From Octopus sinensis (lineage: Eukaryota): a stretch of DNA of 64,000 nt. The DNA is taken from the NCBI RefSeq assembly GCF_006345805.1, contig NC_043011.1, positions 58,602,464-58,666,463 on the forward strand, read 5' to 3'. Under the pieces are notes generated by a model, which saw only the letters and a program-made list of their open reading frames with translations, did not search any database and had not been told where the DNA came from. How positions within the stretch are numbered: the stretch's first letter is position 1; each line of letters begins with the position of its first letter. Positions 14,351-26,620 of the stretch are shown piece by piece. A program made the translations under genes and the position numbers.

Positions 14351-15669
14351 CTCTCCTTAATAAACACATTATTTACCAGTACCCATTTACATTTATCCCT
14401 TCGCCAACCGATGGCTTGACTCCGGTACAAGGTCTTAATTGCAACGGTCTCACGTTTACTATGATTGTTCAGGCGGCTGTTGGTGATTGCTTAAATTTTC
14501 TTCAGATATTTGGGATCATTTGCGATCTCCAACGAATGGTAGAAAGAATTTAACGTCGATATTGTTTGTTCCAAGCTTTATACCACGGGACAGTAAATTG
14601 GAACTGCAGACAGGTTTATTTACTTTTTTTAAGGTCTTGTTTTCAAGTCCGCTTCTTTTCCTTAACTACGGAAACACGCTCATTAGATACGGTAAACGCT
14701 TTACATCAATCAATATGTAATCAATAAATATAAACCTTTAAAAACTTGGAACAAACATGAAACGATGTTTTACAGCTGTCTATTTCTGTTATGTAAATAT
14801 GAAGTTAGTATTTCAATTCCAATGTTGCTGCATGCTTTCAGTTCCGCATTTTCTGTTTTGCAGCTCTATAAGTTGTTATGTCTACTTTAATGTGCTGCTG
14901 TCATGTGTTGAAAACTGAAAGTCAACAAGATCCTTTTTTCACGAATAGGAACACTTAACCTTCTTAAGAAAAAATAATCGGAAAATCTAACCGTTCAATT
15001 AAATTAAGAATTCATTGTAATAAATCCTTATAGTTTAACTACCTCTCTCTTGTATGAAATATATTTAGAAAAAATACTTTTCTGTTCACGCATATTAATG
15101 CCGCATTTCTTTATTTAGAGGTATGTATGCGTACACAGGAAGGAATCGATAAAGTGATATACAAATTTGGCAATACAGCGGAGCTCATGTGTACAAGTAG
15201 AGTAATACAACTAGAGTAGAGAAATATGGTAGGAATTCAGAAACTGTTTCTTAGACTGAGAATATCTTACGTAATTAAGTAGTAGCAAAAAGAACCAATT
15301 TATTTTATGTCAAATGATGATAGATCAGTTCAGTTAAAGCGTATACCATGATGATAACATGTTTGCTATGTTTTGTTGGGGAAAATATTATGTTATGTTT
15401 ATGTACGAAATGCATCTCTCACGGCACATTGGATATTCTGGTTAAAAGTTTAAGAAATGTAACCGTAGCGCAGATTTTAGACAAATCCGACATAACCGCA
15501 GTTAGGACACAGTAAGTATTAATTGTACACCACACATTTGCTGGCTTTAGCAGTAAATATAGCTTCATATGACCTACAAATGCATGATTACTATCTACAG
15601 CTGCTTTAATAGTTTCAATATCCTCGCAAAGCGTAGCCATAGCAGTGTAAAAGAAAAATTCATACTCAC

Positions 15670-15755
15670 AAGCAGATTGCACTAGCAACAATTTCCAGAA
15701 TTTAACACAATCTTTTGTTGCATTTATTTCATAGCGAGCCAAACACATTCGATAT
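15670..15755 (-). CDS. Candidate internal exon (YRMCLARYEINATKDCVKFWKLLLVQSA)
   Basis: TGTCTTCAG| acceptor and |GTGAGT donor; one open frame; phase 2/1, compatible with neighbouring candidates. Confidence 0.35.
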
Positions 15756-16066
15756 CTGAAGACAATTATTGCATTATTTTAGTTGTAAAAGAAGATATGT
15801 TTATCTCTATTTACGTTTTATAAGCAGTAAATATACGTCTTATAAGTTGAACAGTCTGAAGTACAAGGCTTTGTGAAAGGTCATATTCAATATTGTGTGG
15901 GTTGAACCAAATAACAGTACATCGTTAATGTGCGGAGAGAAAACATAAAGCGTTGAATCAGTAAGAAGACACATCCTGCAATTGTCAATTAACATGTAAT
16001 ATAGTGCAGTATATGGATTTATAATTTGAAATGAGCTGCTTTGTGATGTACTATAATAACATATGT

Positions 16067-16390
16067 GAGGGCGCGTGGCTTAGTGGTTAGGGCATTCGGC
16101 TCATGATCGTAAGGTTGTGAGTTCGATTCCCGGCGACGCGTTGTGTCCTTGAGCAAGACACTTTATTTCACGTTGCTCCAGTCCACTCAGCTGGCAAAAA
16201 TGAGTTGTAACTGTATTTCAAAGGGTCAGCCTTGTCACTCTCTGTGTCACGCTGCTAATCCCCGAGAACTACGTTAAGGGTACACGTGTCTGTGGAATGC
16301 TCAGCCATTTGCACGTTAATTTCAGGAGCAAGCTGTTCCGTTGATCGTATCAGCTGGGACCCTCGTCGTCATAACCGGCGGAGTCTTTTT
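16067..16390 (+). mobile_element. tRNA-derived SINE (head 2 + CORE-like domain + tail 1)
   Basis: A box TGGCTTAGTGG, B box AGTTCGATTCC, GTTGTGTCCTTGAGCAAGACAC domain; 3' part shared with the 35241 copy; possible TSD AACATAT (16058-16064/16398-16404). Confidence 0.9.
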
Positions 16391-17011
16391 TTTAAAGAAC
16401 ATATATCGATAATTTGGCAAAAAAATATTAAATCAAACAGGCATAATACTCTAAACTCGATTGGCGTGTAGGTCAAAGCAGACGCAAGGAGGAGAATATT
16501 GCAAATCCTTTTTTTTTTTTTTTTATTTTATTTTTGGTATTGTAGAAACATGTTGAGTACTGCTTGTAGGATTCATGCAAGAAGATGACATAAAATTGAA
16601 AACTTGAAAGCAGAAAGCAATGTGAAATATATAAAGGAGCGATTATATGATAGGAGTTATGAAAGAAAGATATGGGAATGCAAAAATGGTTTCATAAGAA
16701 TAATCAGAAAGAAAGATAAAAAGGTGGACGGATAAAAGAAGAAGGATTTTAAGAATATAAAAGAGAAAACCTGATTCAGTGATAACCTCAGATCTCTTCT
16801 ACTATTTCCCCTAAATGAGAAATAGATGTAGAATATCAGCAATAGATATACACAAAGCAATAAGGAAAAGCTGATCCATATGTTGACCAATTCCATTCAT
16901 CATTCGTTGCTTCTGCATCTTTTAATGTTCCTACCATTGTTTGGGCATGATTCATTATTCCAGATAAATTTTCCCAACAGATGAATGAACGGTTCGTAAT
17001 GTGTGTATCAC

Positions 17012-17149
17012 CGAAAGCTACTCTCACACGTCTGTGTGTGTGCGCAGTAGCGCTTCCATGCGTCATATACGCCGATGTGTTTCCGAATACATTTGTGGTT
17101 GCGTGATTGCAATTTATGGTTCCGAACATCTTTGTGCAAGTGAGGGTGG
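17012..17149 (-). CDS. Candidate internal exon (HPHLHKDVRNHKLQSRNHKCIRKHIGVYDAWKRYCAHTQT...)
   Basis: TCCTCCAG| acceptor; phase-2 donors are weak (|GTGTGA after 17030 or |GTGATA after 17012); higher GC than flanks. Confidence 0.3.
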
Positions 17150-17990
17150 CTGGAGGATTACATGACCAATTATCAATCCATATATTTTCTATTCATTGCT
17201 CGGGTTAGGAGTCATTTTCTCTTAACTATTCATCAATAGAAGTGATTACTGTATCCTTGACAATTCCTTTCACTATTATTTCTACATTATTGGCTGTATA
17301 ATCACACGTATATATGTGTGGTGTGTGTGTGTGTGTGCGTGTGTATATGTGTATATATATATGTATATAGATATATATATAGATATGTATATGTATATAT
17401 ATATATAGATATATATATATATATACTATATGTATATATATATATATACATATATATATACTATATATTTATATGTATATATATATATATATATATAATA
17501 TATATATATATGCAAACACATACTTATATACTTATGTGTTCTGCAAATCCTTCCGCGTTCGAGAACGAGAAACTAATAATAATAATAATAAAAATTTATG
17601 TTATTATAATGAAAATAGTTATTCTGGATATTATGTTCCTACATACTACACACGGCAATATTTGTGGTTGCATTCGGTGGCAGGGTTATGGATTCCGGTT
17701 TGCTTTGTGGTGAGCATACGTAAATGCCTAGCGAAGTATTACAAACAACTCTATCTGCCGCTGTAGCAAGACCCGCCAAAAGTGTACCGTTAATACAACT
17801 GCTGCTAATAACCGTTTGAGGCATAAGCGCAAGATATGATATTTTGTTGGAGGAATCTAATAGATATCGTGATCTCAGTACTTGGTATGCACCAAGAGAG
17901 GATGAACATTAAAGTAGACATCAGTAGATTTCACTTCTGATCGTGAAATATTTGTTCTGACATTAAGGTGAGACAACACCTTTAGCAAAT

Positions 17991-18367
17991 GGAGGCGCAA
18001 TGGCCCAGTGGTTAGGGCAGCCGACTCGCGGTCGGAGGATTGAGGTTTTGATTCCCAGGCCGAGCGTTGTGTGTGTTTATTGAGCGAAAACACCTAAAGC
18101 TCCACGAGGCTCCAGCGGGGGTTGGTGGCGACGCCTGTTGTACTCTTTCGCTCCAACTTTCTCTCACTCGTTCTTCCTGTTTCTTGTCCCCAACTTCCTA
18201 CGCAACCGCTGAGCCTGGATGCGCATTCATCCATCCGTCGATGCTCTCGGTGTCGGGGGTTGACCTGCTTTCTCTTCTGCGGGTCTTACGAATAGCAAAG
18301 GACCACGTTTCGGACTTCTCCCACCTTGCGAGCTCTGGGACGAAGACCGTTCGCTCAACAGCAACAG
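17991..18367 (+). mobile_element. tRNA-derived SINE (head 1 + tail 2)
   Basis: A box TGGCCCAGTGG; first ~190 bp match the 35241 copy; 16-bp TSD CAACACCTT(T/C)AGCAAA at 17974-17989/18368-18383. Confidence 0.9.
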
Positions 18368-18846
18368 CAACACCTTCAGCAAACGCTACTATTAATTGCT
18401 AAGGATTAAGGGTCATGAGCAGAAAGTTTGAGTGAAGGATGCTACTCCATAAAATAAGCCTTAACACTAAGCTAAGATTTTATTTTATCAATCTCTAGAA
18501 AAGCGAAAGGTAAAATCGACTTCGACTGGAATTGAACACAGAACGTAGTTAGCCGGAACAAATTATGTTTTGGCGCTTCAGTGATTCTACCAGACTGCCG
18601 AAATAAAATATTAAAAAAAAAACAGAAAACAGCTACTGATGTCTAAAACACCATACGCCATACTTCCTTCGGGTCAAAGGCTAAATTGTCAATCAAATGG
18701 ATCTTAATAATCTGTGGAGGGCATTTCACTCTATAGTCACTATGCCCATTAGTTTCGAGGCTTACTGATTATAATTTCATGCATACATATACACACGTCT
18801 ATTTAAATATATATACAACGGACAGACTAGTTGTATCGCTTATGGT

Positions 18847-19062
18847 TTACTTGTTTCAGTTATTTGACTGCGGGCATGCCGTAGCGCCGCCTTGAAGAAT
18901 CTTAGTCCAATCAATCAAAGCGAGTATTTACATTTGTTTACGCCTGGACGTCTCTCTATCGTTTTTCGTAGCCATCCTGTTACAAACAGGGAAGTAAACA
19001 CACCAACGCCGGGTTTTTAAGCAGTGGTTGGGAATAAACACGAACACAACGTCACACACAGA

Positions 19063-19140
<78 letters not shown>

Positions 19141-19296
19141 TTATAACATGTTTCTTTAAATTTCCATCAGCCGAATATATGCACAAGGCCCTGGTTGACC
19201 TGAAGTTATAGAGGAAGAGTCTTGTCCAATGTGTTACGTAATGGAACGGAACCCAAATCCATGTAACTGCCGGAGAAAACTACTTAACTCACAGCC
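18847..19296 (-). mobile_element. Diverged SINE family A copy with expanded internal (CTAT)n
   Basis: TTACTTGTTTCAGTTATTTGACTGCGG tail; head remnant at 19230-19296; (CTAT)n at 19068-19140. Confidence 0.8.
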
Positions 19297-19313
19297 AAGC
19301 TCGTGTCTACTAT

Positions 19314-19357
<44 letters not shown>

Positions 19358-19572
19358 TATACGTATATATATATGTATATATATATGCATATATATACAT
19401 ATATATATACATATATATGCATAAATATATATATATGTATATACATATATATATATATGTGTGTGTATATATATATATACATAGATATACACATGCATAT
19501 ATATATATGTATACATATATATACACATATATATATGCATATATTTGCCTGTTATGTATATATACATACCTA

Positions 19573-19643
<71 letters not shown>

Positions 19644-19872
19644 GGATATAGAAGGAGAGTCAAAATGTATTTTATTTTATTAGATTTCTAACAGTAAGTT
19701 CATATTCTAAGGACAGATCCCAGTTCGAAATGTGTTTTTTTTAAATATACGTTAAACCTCGGATAGCGGCAGGTCGTCGCCACGGATTTTGTGAGTGGAT
19801 TGTGTCAGTTTGGTGATTGCACAGATTTTAAATTACAACCTGGAGGTTAAGAACTTTGGTGTCCTTGCTCAC

Positions 19873-19912
19873 AAAGAATGAAACTGAAGACAGGCTTCAA
19901 GGAGACAAAGGA
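19873..19912 (-). CDS. Candidate 40-nt exon (xLCLLEACLQFHS)
   Basis: TTCTCTGTTTAG| acceptor and |GTGAGC donor; phase 1/2 fits the 17149 candidate. Confidence 0.25.
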
Positions 19913-20152
19913 CTAAACAGAGAAGTCTTTTTATTCCATTAGATTTATAACAGAAAAATAGGACAGAATCGAGAATACAGCTTCCGTAAATCAATAAAAT
20001 AAATGAAACATTTATAAAGAGATCAGCAGAATAAATTATATCTAAGTGTGTGTGTGAATGTATATATACATATATATATATATATTCACACACACGCAAT
20101 GTATATATATGTTAGAATGGAATAATTACTATGAATCATTGTGTAGAATAAA

Positions 20153-20470
20153 TAAAAGATCGTGGGTAAGGCCAAAACAATTCGAAGTAAATGCAAGGTA
20201 AATCACAAGAAAACAATTAAGTGCATTAATCTAGACATACCTTGCATTCAATATTTCGGGGTTATCACCCCATTTTCAAGAAATTAACGAATGTACTTGT
20301 GTGTGAGCTCACATTCACGCACATCGTCAACATTCGGCAATTTCTTGAAAATGGGCTCATAACCCCGAAATATTGAATACAAGGTAAGTCTACATTAATA
20401 CACATATTTGTTTTTTGTGATTTACCTTGCATTTACTTCGCATTGTCTTGGCCTCACCCAAGATCTTATA
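20153..20470. mobile_element. ~320-bp imperfect foldback element, probably Penelope-derived
   Basis: Arms 20153-20285 and 20335-20470 are reverse complements; each carries a hammerhead-like motif; flanked by (AT)n. Confidence 0.85.
20342..20377 (+). ncRNA. Minimal hammerhead-like motif, U3-A8 variant (mirror copy on minus strand at 20247-20281)
   Basis: TTC-TTGAAAA-T-GGG(loop)CCC-GAAA-TAT-T-GAA; palindromic stem III ATAT; stem I is only 3 bp. Confidence 0.55.
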
Positions 20471-21204
20471 TATATAATATAATATTATATTATATATATA
20501 TAAATGTATATATATGTATACACATGCATGTGTATATACATATACATATGTATATTATACACATATATATGCATACACGAGTTCATATACATATGAATAT
20601 CTCAGTGGAGAAATAAATACTAGTGTTAAATGGTTTAAAGATTTGTTCCGAAATTAATTAATAATTAATTTTATCATGGTGAACATCATCAAGTGAAGAT
20701 AAGCCAGTGTTTCGATGAATAGAAAGAAGATGAATTAAATAAATACATAATGAGAGAAAGACTTTGTGAATTAAACATTTAAATATCGCTGATTATAATC
20801 ATTGTTTAAGGTGCTGCTAATCTGATAGAACCGTAAATCTGTTGGCTGCGTTCCCTAATCTGTTTCGTGCTGTTAGGATGGGGCTTTAGGAAATTAGAGT
20901 GAACTGTATTGCTGAGAAGGGATTTTTATGCAGACACGGAAAGAGGGAAAGTCTTTCAAGGACAGATAACAGGTGAATAATTAAAATTACAAATGACCAG
21001 GGGTAGAAATATTGATTAGTATTATTATTGTCATCATTGTATCACATAAGGGCGGTGAGCTAGATGAACGATTAGGGTGGCCCCAACGTAGGTTGCAGTA
21101 TTTTTCCTGGCATTTTATATTTCACATTCTAAACTCTCCAACATCAGCGTTGCGTTTGGAAATAAAAATAATAAATTACCAGTTAATTACTAATAACTTA
21201 CTTC

Positions 21205-21218
21205 CCTTATCATCATCA

Positions 21219-21249
<31 letters not shown>

Positions 21250-21358
21250 CATCATCATTATCATTATTATTATTATCATCATTATTATTATCATCATTAT
21301 TAATATTATTATTATTATCATCATCATTATCATTATTATCATTATTATCATTATTATT

Positions 21359-21396
<38 letters not shown>

Positions 21397-21605
21397 TATT
21401 ATTATTATTATCATTATTATTATTATTATTATTATCATCATTATCATTATTATTATTATCATCATTATTATTATTATCATTATTACTATTATTATCATTA
21501 TTAATATTATTATTATTATCATCATCATTATCATTATTATCATTATTATCATTATTATCATCATCATCATCATCATCATCATTATTATTGTCATCATCAT
21601 CATCC
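21205..21605. repeat. Compound (ATT)n/(ATC)n tract with internal ~200-bp-period duplication
   Basis: Read directly; about 55 bp identical at 21301 and 21502. Confidence 0.95.
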
Positions 21606-22072
21606 TCATCTTTCTCCCCTCCTTCTCCTCGTCCGCATCATCATCACAATTCTTACCCTCAACTGATATGAATTGAACTGTTCCTTCATACGTTGATGAC
21701 GTTAATTCTGAATATCTTCTGGAGAGCCGGACGGTCGGTTAAGAGCTTAACGTGAGTTCGATTCAATGCTTTGAGTCTCTGAAACCTTCAACACTCACAG
21801 TATATAGATTGGTAGATCCAATTTTCTTCAGCTCCTGAATTTGCAGAGTAAATAAAGAAATTGGCTGCTTGTTTCTTTGGGTTTAATCACATTGATGTCA
21901 GACATTGCAGATGAGAACATCGTTATGTGCGAAAACCAATTAAGGTTATTCATCATCTTCATTTTTATTAGACACAGAAATAATGAATTTTGTTCTCTTT
22001 ATATATATCTACTACATGAGGTTACACACCAACACGCACACGGACACATACACACATATAGGATATATATAT

Positions 22073-22135
<63 letters not shown>

Positions 22136-22148
22136 TATATACATACAT

Positions 22149-22184
<36 letters not shown>

Positions 22185-22242
22185 CTATATATATATATAT
22201 ATTATATAATACATACATACATACATACATAACACATGTATA

Positions 22243-22373
22243 TATATACATATTAGAGGTAAACCACTATGTGGACACCCTTATGCTAGAAATAGATCCG
22301 CCATGGTAAACCATAGCGGATCTATTTCTAGCATAAGTGTTTCCTCATAGTGGTTTCCTCTAATATGTATATA
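22243..22373. repeat. ~130-bp near-perfect hairpin (foldback) element
   Basis: ATATTAGAGG.AAACCACTATG..CTTATGCTAGAAATAGATCCGC / reverse complement; loop about 2-3 nt. Confidence 0.9.
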
Positions 22374-22477
22374 ATACAATTTAGCTGAACCTCCATTTTT
22401 TTTATATGCTAGACCACTGGTGTGAAATCGATGGTATATTAATATCTAATTTCTCACCCTCATTTAAAATTTAAATT

Positions 22478-22535
<58 letters not shown>

Positions 22536-23179
22536 ATGTGTGTGTGTGTGTGTGTATGCAAAGAGGGGGCAGAGGAGTATGAAGTAAAGGAAGACAGAGA
22601 CAAATATGCGTATGTCAAGAGATGAACAACGATATCAAACTGTACGCCCACGGATATAAACGTACATACGTACGCACATTGTATATGGACTGAAAGTGTG
22701 TAGCACCAACCGAATACGAGGGGACGAGAATTTATACTTTTAGATTTTTTGTTTCCTCTTATGTTTTCTCCGTCTCCTTTTTATTTATTTGAAATTTATA
22801 AATATATTGTCTGTTATATATTTTTTCCTTATCTCCATCTCTCGAAGTGTGAGAAGGTCAACGGCGCCTAGTGATGGGAAAAGAGGGCGATAGTGGGAGA
22901 CAGTTCAAAATGAAGATGTAGGGGAATTTATAATGAAAAGATGAACGAAGATGGGAGACGAATGGACAATGACTTCAAATAAATTGGTGCATAAATTAAG
23001 CGTAATTATATGATTGTATTTGTAATTATATTTCGAACATTAAAATCTCCAATTACAATGATTCGAACTGTGAATAAATAATTAATTAGTGTATCTTTTT
23101 GTTGTTTCAGTTATTAGACTATTGCCACCATGAGGCACCGCTTTGAGGGGTTTTAATGCAACACATCAGACCCAGGACT

Positions 23180-23222
<43 letters not shown>

Positions 23223-23369
23223 ATATATATATATATATAATATTAAATTAGAGATAAAACCACTATTAGGCAAGTACTTAAGCCAATACATAAGATTAAT
23301 TAATTAATATTATTTTAAATATATATCAAAATTATTAAAAAAAGAATGATGGACCAACGCCTGGAAGAA

Positions 23370-23578
23370 ATCATTAAAGGCATGAATCTACGTATTAGTA
23401 TTTTTTGGTTGATAGCTAATGAAGTATTAGACTTCTAGGTTGTCTTTGTTCTACAGCTAACGTTTCTAGTATTTAAGGCATTTTCATTTATGGAATAACA
23501 AAACGCAAACTAGAAGCCTAATACTTCATTAGCTATCAACCCCAAAATACTAATACGTAGATTCATGCCTTTAATGAT
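23370..23578. repeat. ~210-bp foldback (about 70-bp arms)
   Basis: ATCATTAAAGGCATGAATCTACGTATTAGTATTTT.. / ..AAAATACTAATACGTAGATTCATGCCTTTAATGAT. Confidence 0.9.
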
Positions 23579-24412
23579 AAGACTAAGAACTTCGTATATT
23601 GGCGGCACCTGCAGGATTTGAGGAGAATTAGGGATTGAGCGAACTAATTAATACAGGGAAGATGTACGAAAATGAACAGCAGTAATTCGAAACGATACTC
23701 GAAGACAATAAATATTTAAACATACCCATGGCGCCAAACACCAGAACGATGGATCAACGCCTCGGAGAAATCCTCAAATGAATATAATGAACAGAATTGA
23801 GAAGAGAGAAAACTGTTGACCGGCACACAAGGCGTCAGGTCGAAAACAAGGCAGAAGATAGAAAGCCAGTCACTAGTCACGTGTGGGTAGCGGACATAAT
23901 GGAAGGATAGAGAGAGAGAGAGACCAGAGAGGGAGAGAGGGGGAAAAGAATGTTAGGAGGAGAGAGAATTATTAGGACGTAGCGATATCTCTACTTCATC
24001 TTTCCCTCCTTCTCTCTCATCTTACACTTAATTGAACACTTTCGTTCTTCCCCTGCTCGCTCTCTCCGCCATATTCTCTCTCTCCTTCCTTCTGTCTGCT
24101 ACCCACACGTGACTAGTGACTGGGTTTCTATCTTCTGTCTTTCTATCTTTTGCCACTAGCGTGATGGTCGACATTTTTTCTCTTCTCAATTCTGTTCTTT
24201 ATATCCATTTCATGATTTCTTCCAGCCGTTGGTCCATCATTCTCCGGTTTGGTCCCAAGGCTATACTTATTTATTTATTGTCTTCATCTATCGTTCCATA
24301 TTACTGCTTACTTTCGTACGTCCATACTGTATTATTGTGTTTGCTTGATCCTTAATTATCCGCAAATCTTGCGGGTGCCGCCAATGTACAAATTCCTAGT
24401 CTTATCGTTAAA
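23570..24412. repeat. ~840-bp imperfect foldback
   Basis: Perfect 26-bp inverted core 23866-23891/24098-24123; TTGGCGGCACC/GGTGCCGCCAA near the ends; purine-rich left half and pyrimidine-rich right half. Confidence 0.85.
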
Positions 24413-24567
24413 GTCGTAAAACTAAGTATTATTATTTTTCGGTCGATAAATCATGAAGTTTTAGCGTTCTGGTGTCTGTCTAACGTGAACGTTTGGTAGG
24501 ATTAATGCATTTTTCTTTACACACACAACACAACCATATATATATATAATGTATGATATATATATAT

Positions 24568-24612
<45 letters not shown>

Positions 24613-24689
24613 ATCTGTATATAATATATATATTATGTTATTTAGTATATATATATAGTATATATGATATATATATATAGATATATATC

Positions 24690-24720
<31 letters not shown>

Positions 24721-25430
24721 TATAGATATATACATACATATACACACTCAAACACACAGATATGACACTACAGCCAAAACTGGCTGGTCTGACATTTAAT
24801 CAAGAATTTTGGTCGTGTTAATCATTTGCATATAACACGTTGATGTGACGTAGAGCAATTAATTAAATATTGCTGCTCTAAGAATCATATTTCCGAGGTT
24901 ATTAATACAATCTAGACTATACCTTTAGAACAGTACAACTCTTTGTCAGTGATGCGTGAGTAGTAATGGACTAAAATAGACTTAGATGCAACTCTAACAT
25001 TCTAGTAGCTTCACATCACCACGCTCACAGATTTCCGGTCTTTGAGCGGTAATGCAATGCCTCGAGACATCGCAATCTATATAGGATTCTTCGTTACACT
25101 TGGGGAAGCCCTGACTCACTTTTCGAATTCAATTTCTTGGTAACGTTATTTGTTACTTTGCGATTAAAGTACATGTAGTATATTGTGGTTATTGTTTCTG
25201 TGTACGTAATTGGCATTGATATAAATGTCTGAATGGTATTAAGGAGTAAGAGAATAAAAGTGTGACTGACACTAATGTACTGATATATGGAAGTCATTTT
25301 ATTCATTCTAGTCACAACTGGTCATTAGTGACGCCATTAGCCTGCACGGCAATGTATATATATATATATCTATATAATATATATATATATATATGTATGA
25401 ATCTATATCTATATGTCCATCTATCTGTCC

Positions 25431-25468
<38 letters not shown>

Positions 25469-25630
25469 TATCTATCATCTATCTATATATCTATATATCT
25501 ATTATATATATATATATATATATAGGATATATATATAGATATATCCGTATGTATCTATCTATATCCATATATCTATCTATATATATATGTATGTTTATAT
25601 ATTCTATATATATATATATATATAATATAA

Positions 25631-25735
25631 TATTATAAAAATAGAGACAAAACCACTATTATGCAAATCAAACGAAGAAAGACTTAAGCCAATACATTTG
25701 CATAATAGTGGTTTTGTCTCTAATTTAATATAATA
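25631..25735. repeat. Short foldback with perfect 27-bp arms
   Basis: 25642-25668 TAGAGACAAAACCACTATTATGCAAAT / 25696-25722 reverse complement. Confidence 0.9.
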
Positions 25736-25839
25736 TAATATTTTACTATAAAATTGGATTCAATTCTAAATCTGATTTTTCCCTGTAAGTTTGGATTTAT
25801 TCCCTATATATTTATTATATTATATATATATATATATAT

Positions 25840-25885
<46 letters not shown>

Positions 25886-26383
25886 TATTATGTGTGTGTG
25901 TGCGCACGCCTCTGCTTGTATGTGAGTATATATGTATGACTTCTGCGCTTCTCGAAATAGTTATTAGGGTATTCAACTCTCCAAATCTCTAATGTTTGAA
26001 AGAAACTACAGATTATGAAGAAATGTTTTTGTTTCGACGTCACACCGCGAATGTGTGCTGTGAAGAAATATATTATTTTACTGAAATATTTTTTCAAAGT
26101 AGTTCATCCCACCATGAATCAGGAAGGTTCATATTTATGTTTTTCTGAATCAAATTTGTCTCTTAATGATTAAAGAGAAATAAATTATATATAGAATGAA
26201 TATTCGTCTAATATTGTTAGCATCTTCATAACAGTTTGCTAAAGATTCCCAACAGTGCGAAATTCTGGTTCAATAAGGAACAGAATAACGAATAACCTTC
26301 TTGAGAAATAGAAGCAAACATCAAGACTTAATTTAAATTAGAGATGATTGATTTAAATTTTCTCTTAACAAAATATTCGTCTT

Positions 26384-26620
26384 AAGGCGGCGACCTGGCA
26401 GAAACGTTAGCACGCCGGGCGAAGTGCTTAGCGGTATTTCGTCTGCCGTTACTTTGTAAGTTCAAATTCCGCCGAGGTCGACTTTTACCTTTCATCCTTT
26501 CGGGGTCGATAAATTAAGTACCAGTTATGCACTGGGGGCGATGTAATCGACTTAATACGTATGTCTGTCCTTGTTTGTCCATTCTATGTTTAGCCCCATG
26601 TGGGTAATAAAGAAATAGGT
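26384..26620 (+). mobile_element. SINE family C, full length (GGCGGCGAGCTGGCAGAAACG...GGTCGACTTTGCCTTTCATCCTTTCGGGGTCG)
   Basis: Matches at least 8 other copies in the window; central domain resembles a conserved SINE superfamily domain (Meta-like, from memory). Confidence 0.95.

Noticed and set aside
16067-16140. tRNA gene (also considered for 17991 and 35241)
   Set aside because: A and B boxes are present but there is no proper cloverleaf acceptor stem, and each continues into a SINE body with a TSD.
16836-17129. 97-aa minus ORF ending WNWSTYGSAFPYC as a K2P channel pore or RTE endonuclease relic
   Set aside because: No TTIGYG signature follows and the spacing is wrong; endonuclease similarity is too weak to support.
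17639-17857. Minus ORF with NGT/NTS/NAT sequons as an extra exon
   Set aside because: Donor phase is incompatible with the Cys-rich exon chain and there is no recognisable domain.
20153-25735. CRISPR array or bacterial-type terminators
   Set aside because: Eukaryotic context; no regularly spaced direct repeats with unique spacers; the hairpins are explained as foldback elements.
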